DNA of 64,000 bases from Burkholderiales bacterium (lineage in GTDB: Bacteria; Pseudomonadota; Gammaproteobacteria; Burkholderiales; SG8-41), in contig CAXNMF010000010.1 in assembly GCA_964203275.1 (NCBI GenBank), forward strand, positions 16,159-80,158. The letters are read 5' to 3'. Each line of letters starts with the position of its first letter. The first letter of the stretch is position 1. The position numbers and the translations under genes are program-made. Below, piece by piece: positions 11,276-20,505 of this stretch. Below the pieces are notes generated by a model. It was not told where the DNA came from and did not search any database. It was given only the letters and a program-made list of their open reading frames with translations.

Positions 11276-12618
11276 ATGAGTCAGGAACAGGAAGCGCCAC
11301 CGGCAATTTCATTCGCCGAAGCCTTCCGCTTCTGGCTCAAACTCGGTTTCATCAGCTTCGGCGGTCCCGCCGGACAGATTTCGATCATGCATCAGGAGCT
11401 GGTCGAGCGCCGGCGCTGGATTTCCGAGCGCCGTTTCCTGCACGCCCTGAACTACTGCATGGTGCTGCCCGGCCCCGAGGCGCAGCAGCTCGCGACCTAC
11501 ATCGGCTGGCTGATGCACCGCACCTGGGGCGGCATTGTCGCCGGCGGACTGTTCGTGCTGCCGTCGCTGTTCATCCTGATCGCGCTGACCTGGATTTACC
11601 TGCGTCTTCGGCGACCTGCCGGCGATTGCCGGTATTCTCTACGGCATCAAACCTGCGGTCACTGCCATTGTGGTTGTCGCTGCTATCCGCATCGGCTCGC
11701 GCGCACTCAAAAACGGCGTGCTGTGGGGCATTGCGGCGGCAGCCTTTATCGCGTTGTTCGCACTCGACCTGCCATTCCCGCTGATTGTCATCGGCGCCGG
11801 TGTCACCGGCTGGATCGGCGGACGCGTCGCACCCAAACTGTTCGCCACCGGCGGCGGGCATGGTGCGGGCGGCAAGAGTTACGGCCCTGCAGTGATTGAC
11901 GACGAAACACCGACGCCGGAACACGCGCGTTTCAACTGGCCGCATTTTTTCAAGGTGCTGGCCGCCGCATTGCTGCTGTGGGGTTCCGGCATGGCGGTGA
12001 TCATTGCCGTGTTCGGCTGGGGCAGCACGCTGGCTCAGATGGGCTGGTTTTTCACCAAGGCCGCGCTGCTGACCTTCGGCGGCGCCTATGCGGTGCTGCC
12101 CTATGTCTATCAGGCCGCTGTGGAGCATTACCAGTGGGTGACACCGCTGCAGATGATCGACGGCCTGCGCGCTCGGCGAGACCACGCCGGGTCCGCTGAT
12201 CATGGTGGTGGCCTTCGTCGCCTTTGTCGGCGGCTGGACGCACGCAGTTCCTCGGCCCCGACGCATGTGTCTGCCGCGGCGGCGCTGGCCGCCGTCGTCG
12301 TCACCTATTTCACCTTCCTGCCGAGCTTCATATTCATCCTGCTCGGCGGGCCGCTGGTCGAAACCACACATGGCGAACTGCGCTTCACTGCGCCGCTAAC
12401 CGGCGATCACCGCCGCTGTGGTCGGCGTGATCCTCAATCTGGCGGTGTTTTTTGCGTACCACGTGCTGTGGCCGGACGGCCTCGCCGGCCGCTTTGACTG
12501 GCCCTCGGCGGTGATCGGTATCGCCGCCTTCCTCGCGCTGTGGCGTTACAAGATCGGCATCATGCCGGTGATCGGCGCCTGCGCGCTGGCCGGTGGGGCG
12601 TGGACGCTACTGACCTGA
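11276..12618 (+). pseudogene. chrA: Chromate transporter ChrA, at least four frame breaks
   Basis: CHR-family motifs ([60 protein letters not shown]; second half FFTKAALLTFGGAYAVLPYVYQ). ChrA-like sequence moves between frames near 11604, 12168, 12245-12262 and 12400. Confidence 0.8.
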
Positions 12619-12648
12619 ATCTTGTAGCGCATTCAATCAAACACCATT

Positions 12649-12722
12649 CGGGCTGAGCTTGTCGAAGCCCGGTCAAACTCTGATTTGGCCCATCCGTCCT
12701 TCGACAGGCTCAGGACGAACGG
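12649..12722. repeat. REP-like inverted repeat (CTTCGACA[A/G]GCTC core)
   Basis: GAGCTTGTCGAAG (12655..12667) is the reverse complement, with one mismatch, of CTTCGACAGGCTC (12699..12711). The unit CCTTCGACA(A/G)GCTCAGG(A/G)CGAACGG recurs at 58373..58397. Confidence 0.7.
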
Positions 12723-12725
12723 CAA

Positions 12726-13439
12726 TTAATTCACGAGCCCGCTGACCCACCGTTCATAAATCCGGTCCGCCACCGCATTCAGCGCCCGCACCTTGTCGTC
12801 GATGCCGGCCTCCATCTCGGCCGGCGTCTGCACCGACGGCACGCGCCCGGCGAGCGCTTCCACTTCCTTCGCCCAATCGCGGCACCATGTGCGAATCAAC
12901 TCCGGCGTCATCTCGACATGGCATTGCATGCCGAAGTGTTTGCCCAGCGCATAGGCCTGATTTGTGCACCAGGGGCTCTGCATCAGCCGCACAGCGCCTT
13001 CGGGGATCGCAAAGGTCTCGCCATGCCAGTGGAAGGACAGGAACTCGCGCAGGTCGCCTCCCAGCCAACGTCGCGCCTCGGGGTCATCCAGCACCTGCAC
13101 CGCGCCCCAGCCGATCTCCTTCACCGGATTGCGGGTCACCGGCGCACCCAGCGCCTTTGCCATCAGCTGCCCGCCAAGGCAATGGCCCAGCACCGGCACA
13201 TCGCGCGCCACCGCATCACGGATCAGGCTGCACACCGGCGCAATCCACGGCAGGTCATCGTTGACGCTCATCGGCCCGCCCATGAAACACAGCCCGGCGA
13301 ATGACGAAGAATCCTCTGGCACTACTTCGCCAGCATCAATCTTGAACACACGGTACGGGATGCCGCGGCGTTCAAGGTACGTGGCAAAATAAGCCGGACC
13401 TTCGGTCGGGGTGTGGCGAAATATGGCGATCGGTTTCAT
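12726..13439 (-). CDS. Class-I glutamine amidotransferase domain protein (GuaA N-domain-like)
   Basis: MKPIAIFRHTPTEGPAYFATYLERRGIPYRVF...VPVLGHCLGGQLMAKALG (nucleophile Cys) ...FHWHGETF. Start set at the MKPIAIF Met. Confidence 0.8.
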   Translation of the reverse strand: MKPIAIFRHTPTEGPAYFATYLERRGIPYRVFKIDAGEVVPEDSSSFAGLCFMGGPMSVNDDLPWIAPVCSLIRDAVARDVPVLGHCLGGQLMAKALGAPVTRNPVKEIGWGAVQVLDDPEARRWLGGDLREFLSFHWHGETFAIPEGAVRLMQSPWCTNQAYALGKHFGMQCHVEMTPELIRTWCRDWAKEVEALAGRVPSVQTPAEMEAGIDDKVRALNAVADRIYERWVSGLVN

Positions 13440-13452
13440 GGGGAGGCGGTGA

Positions 13453-14121
13453 ATGCGGTTACCGGAGTTTAAAGCCTGTGTTGCGTTCCTGTTGCTTGTT
13501 TCGGCAAGCATGGCCCATGCCAACGACATCACCGTGGCGGCGCTGTTCACCGGCAAGGCCGTATTGGTGATCAAGGGTGGTGCACCGCGCACCATCTCGG
13601 TGGGTCAAAGCACGCCGGAAGGCATCCGCCTGATAAGCGCTGACAGCAGTTCAGCGGTCATCGAATACCAGGGCAAGCGCCAGACGCTCACGCCCGGCGG
13701 CAGCGGACGACTGGGTGGCGGCAGCCCGGTAGGCAGCAGCGGGAGTTCTACGGGATCAGTCACCCTGACCGCAGACTCGCAAGGCCATTACATGACGCTG
13801 GGCCAGATCAACGGCGGCACCGTGCAGTTCATGGTCGATACCGGCGCCACTGTCATCGCGATGTCGAGCACGCGCGCACGCCAGCTCGGCATCAACTACG
13901 TCAACGGCCAGCGCGGTTTCACCCAGACCGCCAACGGCCGCGCCGCGGCCTATCGCGTCACACTCGATACGGTAAAGATCGGCGACATCACGCTGCACGC
14001 GGTCGATGCCGTCGTGCTGGAAGGCGACAACCTGCCGATGGTGCTGCTGGGAATGAGTTTTCTGAACCGCACGGAGATGAAGCGGGATGGGCAGAGTCTG
14101 ACGTTGGTGAAGCGGTTTTGA
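13453..14121 (+). CDS. Secreted retropepsin-like (clan AA) aspartic protease
   Basis: Signal peptide. FMVDTGATVIAMS contains the D-T-G-A catalytic motif. C-terminal LLGMSFLNRTEMKRDG is typical of the bacterial single-domain retropepsin family. GGAGG RBS 5 nt upstream. Confidence 0.8.
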   Translation: MRLPEFKACVAFLLLVSASMAHANDITVAALFTGKAVLVIKGGAPRTISVGQSTPEGIRLISADSSSAVIEYQGKRQTLTPGGSGRLGGGSPVGSSGSSTGSVTLTADSQGHYMTLGQINGGTVQFMVDTGATVIAMSSTRARQLGINYVNGQRGFTQTANGRAAAYRVTLDTVKIGDITLHAVDAVVLEGDNLPMVLLGMSFLNRTEMKRDGQSLTLVKRF

Positions 14122-14232
14122 TAGCCCTTAATAAGGTCAATAAAATCAATAATTTATAATATTCCACATCCTGCAACACCACATTGACGGTCCGCCTTTG
14201 CCCGGATACGTCACGAACGAGGAGAATTCATC

Positions 14233-14412
14233 ATGACTTCGCACTCAACCGCCCGGCCGCATAAACCAGCGGCCAAGGTCGCTCCGCAATACAAGGCGGA
14301 CAATGGCCCGTTAAGCACAGCGCAACTGCGGCAAATCAAAGAACAAGCCCCGCAAGGCATCAAGCACTCGCTGCAATCCAGCCTTCTCGACCGAAAGCGC
14401 TCAGGAAAATAA
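14233..14412 (+). CDS. Hypothetical 59-aa protein (below the ORF-track cutoff)
   Basis: ATG preceded by GAGGAGA with 7-nt spacing. MTSHSTARPHKPAAKVAPQYKADNGPLSTAQLRQIKEQAPQGIKHSLQSSLLDRKRSGK. Lies in the low-GC islet. No recognisable family. Confidence 0.3.
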   Translation: MTSHSTARPHKPAAKVAPQYKADNGPLSTAQLRQIKEQAPQGIKHSLQSSLLDRKRSGK

Positions 14413-14493
14413 GGCCCCCGGCGGATTTGCGACTCCTCTGCGCCGCATATGGGCACTATGGCGGAGACAATCCTTTCCGGCCCGACTTGCAAC

Positions 14494-14513
14494 GTAATTA
14501 CATTGTAATTACA
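14494..14513. promoter_or_regulatory. Putative BrnA operator: tandem 8-bp palindromes GTAATTAC
   Basis: GTAATTACA-TT-GTAATTACA lies 9 nt upstream of the GTG at 14522. Each GTAATTAC is self-complementary. Type II antitoxins usually autoregulate through such sites. Confidence 0.45.
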
Positions 14514-14521
14514 CTGAACTC

Positions 14522-14804
14522 GTGAAGTACCCTGAAATTTGAGTGGGACAGTCGCAAGGCCCTAGCCAATCTGAAGAAACACGGCATTGCCTTCGAAGAA
14601 GCGCAGTCCGTGTTCTTCGACGAGCGGGCACGACTGATCAATGATCCGGACCATTCTGAAGACGAGGATCGATTTATTCTGTTGGGGCTCAGCAGTTCGC
14701 TTCACATGCTTCTGGTTTGTCACTGCTACCGGCGCGAGGGTGAGGTCATCCGCATCATCTCCGCACGGCAGGCAACAGCTCGAGAGTCGAAGCATTACCG
14801 ATAA
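14522..14804 (+). CDS. brnT: BrnT-family (DUF497) toxin; N-terminus needs a frame correction near 14535-14540 or a non-canonical CTG start at 14532
   Basis: In-frame sequence (L)KFEWDSRKALANLKKHGIAFEEAQSVFFDERARLINDPDHSEDEDRFILLGLSSSLHMLLVCHCYRREGEVIRIISARQATARESKHY matches the BrnT consensus (FEWD..KA..N..KHG..F.EA). The only upstream ATG/GTG start (GTG 14522) is in another frame and stops after 6 codons. Confidence 0.8.
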
Positions 14805-14813
14805 AGGTGCCAT

Positions 14814-15023
14814 ATGCGCAAAGAATACGATTTCACGAAATCCCGGAAGAATCCTTACGCTGCCAAGCTCAAAAAGCAGATCACCATCCGCCTTGATGAA
14901 GACGCGATCGCGTACTTCAAGTCAGTTTCACAGGAGATCGGGATTCCTTACCAGAGCCTGATCAATCTCTATCTCAAGGACTGTGCAGCAACGAGCCGGA
15001 AGCCGAATCTCAACTGGAAGTAG
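14814..15023 (+). CDS. brnA: BrnA-family antitoxin (CopG/RHH-like)
   Basis: MRKEYDFTKSRKNPYAAKLKKQITIRLDEDAIAYFKSVSQEIGIPYQSLINLYLKDC is the characteristic BrnA sequence. Starts 10 nt after brnT. Confidence 0.85.
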   Translation: MRKEYDFTKSRKNPYAAKLKKQITIRLDEDAIAYFKSVSQEIGIPYQSLINLYLKDCAATSRKPNLNWK

Positions 15024-15100
15024 CGATTGGGATTAACAATCAAAGCTGCCACGATTAAATCCTTGACGTAAAAATTGATTCCGGTGCTTTTAGAGATAGC

Positions 15101-15661
15101 GTGCAAATACTTAAAAATTTCTGGAATGAAATATTCGGAGGACCGACCGTTGAAATTAGGTTGCTGGTGCCTCCCGATCTGGCTGCGCAGCGCCTCTCCG
15201 AGAACACATCTGATTGGAAGTTTCCGTTAGGACTGCGGGATACCGTGGTGGGGACCGTTTCGGTGGATCAGGTGGTCCTCTCAAGAGCACGCGGATTTCG
15301 CGCACTTTTCTCTGATAGCCCCAATTTCCTAGTGTTCAGAGGCCGATTCGTTGTAGAGGCTGATGCCACTTACTTGCGCGGCCAGTTTCAGCTTGACCTC
15401 ATCGCAAAATGCTTCATGGCGAGCTGGTTTGGCATGCTGATATCCTTCAGCGTAGCAAGTTTCGTTATCGGGCCCGTAATTGCAATCGAAGAGAATGTGC
15501 CCCTATGGGTGGGATTTCTGGCCGGACTTGCTTTCGCACTTTGCTGCCTACTTTTTTGCATATTGGGTTACTTGCTGCTGCGCTATCTACGCTGGCTGTC
15601 TCGATCCGACATTGATCGCATCAAGCGACACGTTGAATTCCATGTAGGTGATCCCGCCTAA
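15101..15661 (+). CDS. Hypothetical protein: soluble N-domain plus two C-terminal TM helices
   Basis: GTG start, lower GC than the flanks. Hydrophobic stretches FMASWFGMLISFSVASFVIGPVIAI and LWVGFLAGLAFALCCLLFCILGYLLL. No recognisable motif. Confidence 0.5.
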   Translation: MQILKNFWNEIFGGPTVEIRLLVPPDLAAQRLSENTSDWKFPLGLRDTVVGTVSVDQVVLSRARGFRALFSDSPNFLVFRGRFVVEADATYLRGQFQLDLIAKCFMASWFGMLISFSVASFVIGPVIAIEENVPLWVGFLAGLAFALCCLLFCILGYLLLRYLRWLSRSDIDRIKRHVEFHVGDPA

Positions 15662-15751
15662 CGGATGATCGACAGCTAAGAAGCTGGATGATACGCCCGT
15701 CAATGATCGCCCAGCGTCGGACAATCGGAAAACCCTGACGTTAAGCCGCCA

Positions 15752-17002
15752 CTATTTCTTCTTCTCTGGCGCCCCACCCACCATCGCCAGCAAATGCCCG
15801 AACTTGCTGCGCTTGGTATCGAGGTACTTGCGGTTGGCATCCCGCGGCGGCACTTCAACGGCGACACGTTCCACCACCGTCAGGCCGTAATCCTGCAAGG
15901 CGGCGACCTTGTCCGGATTGTTGGTCATCAGACGCACCTGATGCGCGCCGAGGTCTGACAGGATCTGCGCGCCAGCGCGGTAGTCGCGCATGTCGGCGGC
16001 AAAACCCAGCGCATGGTTGGCTTCGACGGTGTCCTGGCCCTGGTCCTGCAGCGCATAGGCGCGGATCTTGTTGAGCAGGCCGATGCCGCGGCCTTCATCG
16101 AACATATAGACCAGCACGCCGCGCCCGGCCTCTTCGATCTTGTGCATCGCGGCTTCAAGCTGTTCGCCGCAGTCACAGCGTTCGGAACCGAAGACGTCGC
16201 CGGTCAGGCACTGCGAATGCAGGCGCACCAGCACCGGTTCATCGGGTTTGATCTCGCCCTTCACCAACGCGACAAACAGGTTTGTTTCGAGGTTGTCCGC
16301 GTAAACAATCATGCGGAATTCGCCGGCCTTGCTGGTCGGCAGCACGGTTTCGGCCTTGCGTCGGATTTCGCGTTCGTTCTCGCGATAGGCAACGAGGTCG
16401 CTGATGCGGACGATGTGGATGCCGTGTTTCTCTGCAAACGCTTCAAGGTCGGGCATCCGCGCCATCGTGCCGTCGGCCTTCATGATTTCGCAGATCACGC
16501 CGGCGGGTTTGAGTCCGGCGAGCCGCGCAAGATCAACTGCCGCTTCGGTGTGGCCGCGCCGTGAGATGACACCGCCGTCCACGGCGCGCAGCGTCTGCAG
16601 GCGGCCGGGACGGATCAGGTCAGTCGGTTTGGCATTATCGGCAATGGCCACGGCAATCGTGCGCGCGCGATCATGCGCCGACATGCCCGAGCCCACGCCT
16701 TCGCGGGCATCAATCGGCGTCGCGAATGCGGTGCCGAATTTGGTCTGGTTGCCACGGTCATCGGTGATCAGTGACAGGCCCAGCGTACGCAGCCGGTCTT
16801 CGGTCAGCGCCAGCGACACCAAGCCGCGGCCTTCGGTGGCCATGAAATTGATTGCTTCCGGCGTGGCACGTTCAGCCGCGACAAACAGATCACCTTCGTT
16901 TTCGCGTTCTTCGCTGTCGACCAGGATCACCATGTCGCCGCGGCGCACCGCCGGCAGGATCTGCTCGACCAGGTAGTCGCCGCGTTTGGTTTTGCTGCTC
17001 AT
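15752..17002 (-). CDS. ribBA: Bifunctional 3,4-dihydroxy-2-butanone-4-phosphate synthase / GTP cyclohydrolase II
   Basis: RibB part VILVDSEERENEGDLFVAAERATPEAINFMA. RibA part HSQCLTGDVFGSERCDCGEQLE...GRGIGLLNKIRAYALQDQG. Confidence 0.95.
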   Translation of the reverse strand: MSSKTKRGDYLVEQILPAVRRGDMVILVDSEERENEGDLFVAAERATPEAINFMATEGRGLVSLALTEDRLRTLGLSLITDDRGNQTKFGTAFATPIDAREGVGSGMSAHDRARTIAVAIADNAKPTDLIRPGRLQTLRAVDGGVISRRGHTEAAVDLARLAGLKPAGVICEIMKADGTMARMPDLEAFAEKHGIHIVRISDLVAYRENEREIRRKAETVLPTSKAGEFRMIVYADNLETNLFVALVKGEIKPDEPVLVRLHSQCLTGDVFGSERCDCGEQLEAAMHKIEEAGRGVLVYMFDEGRGIGLLNKIRAYALQDQGQDTVEANHALGFAADMRDYRAGAQILSDLGAHQVRLMTNNPDKVAALQDYGLTVVERVAVEVPPRDANRKYLDTKRSKFGHLLAMVGGAPEKKK

Positions 17003-17042
17003 ACCGGGGGAATTACGTAACTACTTGTTTTTATTGTTATTT

Positions 17043-17660
17043 TCATGCTTTTGCAGCGATCAGCCGCAGGAACTCGGAACGCGTCACGTCCTTGTTGAAC
17101 TCGCCGGTAAAGGCCGACGTCGTCGCCACCGAGTGCTGCTTCTGGATGCCGCGCATGATCATGCACATGTGCTGCGCTTCGATCACCACCGCAACACCGG
17201 CGGGGTCGAGCGTGTCCTGGATGCAGTCGCGGATCTGCACGGTCAATCGTTCCTGCACCTGTAGCCGGCGCGCGAAGGCATCGACCACACGCGGCAGTTT
17301 CGACAGGCCGACGATGCGGCCTTTCGGAATGTAGGCGACATGCGCTTTGCCGAAGAAAGGCAGCATGTGGTGCTCGCACAGCGAATACACCTCGATGTCG
17401 CGCACGATCACCATCTGCTGGTATTCCTCGGTGAACATCGCGGACTTGAGTATCTGCGCGGGATCGAGGTCATAGCCGTGGGTCAGGTACTGCAGCGCCT
17501 TGGCGACTCGTTCCGGGGTTTTGACCAGGCCTTCGCGTTGCGGGTCTTCGCCGATGTCTTCAAGAATGCCGGTGTACTTCTTGGCGATGCTGCGGATTTT
17601 TTTCGGGTTGTACTGGTCGATCTTGGCGTAGCCGTCCATCACGTTCTCTTTGCGCATCAT
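17043..17660 (-). CDS. folE: GTP cyclohydrolase I (FolE)
   Basis: [37 protein letters not shown] and [18 protein letters not shown] are FolE type-1 signatures. The start ATG shares one base with the dxs stop. Confidence 0.95.
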   Translation of the reverse strand: MMRKENVMDGYAKIDQYNPKKIRSIAKKYTGILEDIGEDPQREGLVKTPERVAKALQYLTHGYDLDPAQILKSAMFTEEYQQMVIVRDIEVYSLCEHHMLPFFGKAHVAYIPKGRIVGLSKLPRVVDAFARRLQVQERLTVQIRDCIQDTLDPAGVAVVIEAQHMCMIMRGIQKQHSVATTSAFTGEFNKDVTRSEFLRLIAAKA

Positions 17661-19570
17661 CAGCCCTTCTGCGCGGCTTTGCGCGTGACTTCCATTTCGA
17701 GGCGACGGCGGATCGACAAGGCAATGCCTTCGGCATCGAGCCCGACGCTGGCGAGCTGCACCGCCGGGTCGCCCTGCTCGATGAAGCGGTCGGGCAATCC
17801 CAGCAGCAGCACCGGCACCGTGCAGCCGTGCTGCTCGAGTGCTTCAAGCACGGCGCTGCCGGCGCCGCCCATCACTACGTTCTCTTCAACCGTAACCAGC
17901 AGGCTGTGACTGGCGGCGAGTTCGCGCACCAGTTCGACATCGAGCGGTTTGACGAAACGCATGTTGGCGACCGTGGCATCAAATTCTTCGGCAACGGCCA
18001 GCGCCGGCGCGAGCATCGAACCGAAGGCGAGAATCGCCACGCCGCCCTTGCCCTTGCGCCGCAGTTCGCCGCGGCCGACCGGCAGTGCAACCATTTCCTT
18101 CTGCACCGGAACGCCCGGGCCAGTACCGCGCGGGTAACGCACCGCGGACGGACTGTTCATTTGGAATGCGGTGTGGAGCATCTGCCGGCATTCGTTTTCA
18201 TCGGCAGGCGTCATCACCGTCATGTTCGGCAGACAGCGCAGATAACTCAGGTCGAAGCTGCCGTTATGCGTCGCGCCGTCGGCGCCGACGAGGCCGCCGC
18301 GGTCCAGCGCAAAGACCACCGGCAGATTCTGGATCTGCACGTCGTGGATGAGCTGGTCGTAACCGCGTTGCAGGAAGGTCGAATAAATCGCCACTACCGG
18401 TTTGTAACCTTCGCAGGCCACACCCGCGGCGAAGGTCACTGCATGCTGTTCAGCAATGCCGACATCGAAATAACGTTTGGGATACTGCGTGGCGAACTTC
18501 ACCATGCCCGAGCCTTCGCGCATCGCCGGCGTGATCGCCACCAGCCGCGGGTCTTTCTCGGCCATGTCGCACAGCCAGTCGCCGAACACCTGCGTGTATG
18601 TCGGCTTGCTGGCCGCTTTTCCAGTTGGAATGCCGGCCTTGTGATCGAACTTGGAAACGCCGTGATACAGGATCGGGTCGGCCTCAGCCAGCTTGTAGCC
18701 CTGGCCCTTGCGCGTAACCACGTGCAGGAACTGCGGGCCCTTCAGGCGTTTGATGTTGTGCAGCGTCGGGATCAGCGAATCAAGATCATGGCCATCGATC
18801 GGCCCGATGTAGTTGAAACCGAACTCCTCGAACATCGTGCCCGGCGTGACCATGCCCTTGACGTGTTCTTCCGCGCGCCGCGCGAGGTCACCCAGCACCT
18901 TGGTGCCGAGATCCTTGGCTTTGGCGTAGAAGCGGCCCGACATCAGCTTGGCGAGATATTTGTTCAGCGCGCCGACCGGCGGCGAGATCGACATGTCGTT
19001 GTCGTTGAGGATCACCAGCAGGTCGACATCCATGTCGCCGGCGTTGTTCATCGCCTCGAAGGCCATGCCCGCGGTCATCGCGCCGTCGCCGATGATCGCG
19101 ACTGCACGGCGCGGCTCACCCTTGAGTTTGGCGGCGACCGCCATGCCCAGCGCGGCGCTGATCGAAGTGCTCGAATGCGCGGTGCCGAAGCTGTCGTATT
19201 CGGATTCTTCGCGCTGCGGAAATCCGGACAGGCCTTTCCACATGCGCAGGTTTTTCATGCCTTCGCGGCGCCCGGTGAGGATCTTGTGGCCGTAGGTCTG
19301 GTGGCCGACGTCCCACACCAGCCGGTCATGCGGCGTGTCGAATACGTAATGCAGCGCAATCGTCAGTTCGACGGTGCCGAGGTTGGAGGACAGGTGGCCG
19401 CCGGTCTGGCTGACCGACTCAACGAGATAGGTGCGCAGCTCTTCGGCGACTCGCGGCAACTGGCTGCGTTCCAGCAAACGCAGGTCGGCGGGCGATGCGA
19501 TCGATTTCAGCAGTTCGTACTTGGGCCGGTCGCGATCCCCTGCCCCGTCCATGGTCAATGTTCCGCTCAT
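17660..19570 (-). CDS. dxs: 1-deoxy-D-xylulose-5-phosphate synthase
   Basis: [45 protein letters not shown] and [20 protein letters not shown] (TPP motif). 636 aa. Confidence 0.97.
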   Translation of the reverse strand: MSGTLTMDGAGDRDRPKYELLKSIASPADLRLLERSQLPRVAEELRTYLVESVSQTGGHLSSNLGTVELTIALHYVFDTPHDRLVWDVGHQTYGHKILTGRREGMKNLRMWKGLSGFPQREESEYDSFGTAHSSTSISAALGMAVAAKLKGEPRRAVAIIGDGAMTAGMAFEAMNNAGDMDVDLLVILNDNDMSISPPVGALNKYLAKLMSGRFYAKAKDLGTKVLGDLARRAEEHVKGMVTPGTMFEEFGFNYIGPIDGHDLDSLIPTLHNIKRLKGPQFLHVVTRKGQGYKLAEADPILYHGVSKFDHKAGIPTGKAASKPTYTQVFGDWLCDMAEKDPRLVAITPAMREGSGMVKFATQYPKRYFDVGIAEQHAVTFAAGVACEGYKPVVAIYSTFLQRGYDQLIHDVQIQNLPVVFALDRGGLVGADGATHNGSFDLSYLRCLPNMTVMTPADENECRQMLHTAFQMNSPSAVRYPRGTGPGVPVQKEMVALPVGRGELRRKGKGGVAILAFGSMLAPALAVAEEFDATVANMRFVKPLDVELVRELAASHSLLVTVEENVVMGGAGSAVLEALEQHGCTVPVLLLGLPDRFIEQGDPAVQLASVGLDAEGIALSIRRRLEMEVTRKAAQKG

Positions 19571-19582
19571 CCCGGCATTGTC

Positions 19583-20479
19583 TCAGAACTTGCGCAGGAC
19601 GATGAAATCCGCGAGTTGCGCCAGTCGCGCACCGCGGGCGCCAAACGGCGCAATCGCAGCGAGCGCCTCCTCTCGCAGTTGAGCAGCGAGCGCCTTGGCC
19701 TGGGCAATACCCATGGCGCTGACGTAGGTGGGTTTGCCCTGCTCGGCGTCCTTGCCGGCGGTTTTGCCCAGGGTCGCGGTCGACGCCTCGGCATCCAGCA
19801 CGTCATCCACGACCTGGAACGCAAGGCCCACGGACTTGGCGTAGGCATCAACACGCTCAAATTCGGCGTCGTTAAGACCACTGCCGCAACGGGCACCGAG
19901 TACGGCTGCCGCGCGGATCAGCGCACCGGTCTTGTGGATATGCATGAATTCGAGTTCGGGCACGGTCAGCGTCTTGCCGACCGCGGCGAGATCAATCGCC
20001 TGTCCGCCGGCCATGCCGCGCGAACCAGAAGCGAGGCCGAGCAGCTTGACCATCTCCAGCTGTGCTTTCGCATCGGGCGCCAGCGTGTATTCGCCGAGCA
20101 ACTGGAAGGAAAGACTTTGCAGTGCATCACCGACCAGCAGCGCGGTCGCCTCATCGAACTCGACATGGCAGGTCGGCTTGCCGCGACGAAGCACATCATC
20201 GTCCATGCATGGCAGATCGTCATGTACAAGCGAATAGGCGTGGATGATTTCAACGGCGGCGCCGGCGACGGTGACGCGTTCCGGATCAGCCTGCGACAGT
20301 TCTCCAGCGGCGTAAGCGAGCAGCGGCCTTACGCGTTTGCCCGCACCGAGCACGGCGTAACGCATCGCGGCATGCAGGCGCTGAGGGGCGATGTCCGCTG
20401 ACGGCAGCGCCTGCTGCAGAAACGCTTCGATGCGCGTCTGCCCGGCGGCGGCCCAGGCCTGGAAATCGGTGGAAGTCAC
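19583..20479 (-). CDS. ispA: Farnesyl diphosphate synthase
   Basis: First DDxxD, HAYSLVHDDLPCMDDDVLRRGKPT. Second, FQVVDDVLD. Conserved xseB-ispA-dxs order. Confidence 0.95.
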   Translation of the reverse strand: MTSTDFQAWAAAGQTRIEAFLQQALPSADIAPQRLHAAMRYAVLGAGKRVRPLLAYAAGELSQADPERVTVAGAAVEIIHAYSLVHDDLPCMDDDVLRRGKPTCHVEFDEATALLVGDALQSLSFQLLGEYTLAPDAKAQLEMVKLLGLASGSRGMAGGQAIDLAAVGKTLTVPELEFMHIHKTGALIRAAAVLGARCGSGLNDAEFERVDAYAKSVGLAFQVVDDVLDAEASTATLGKTAGKDAEQGKPTYVSAMGIAQAKALAAQLREEALAAIAPFGARGARLAQLADFIVLRKF

Positions 20480-20505
20480 AATGGATAGGGGTGGTAGATG
20501 AGCGA

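Noticed and set aside
17003-17042. FMN riboswitch upstream of ribBA
   Set aside because: Only 40 nt separate folE and ribBA, far too short for an RFN element, and no conserved RFN core was visible.
17828-20401. 857-aa ORF on the plus strand, the longest in the track
   Set aside because: It is entirely antisense to dxs and ispA, which carry unmistakable family motifs. Its product is Arg/Ala/Gly/His-rich low-information sequence, typical of shadow ORFs in GC-rich DNA.
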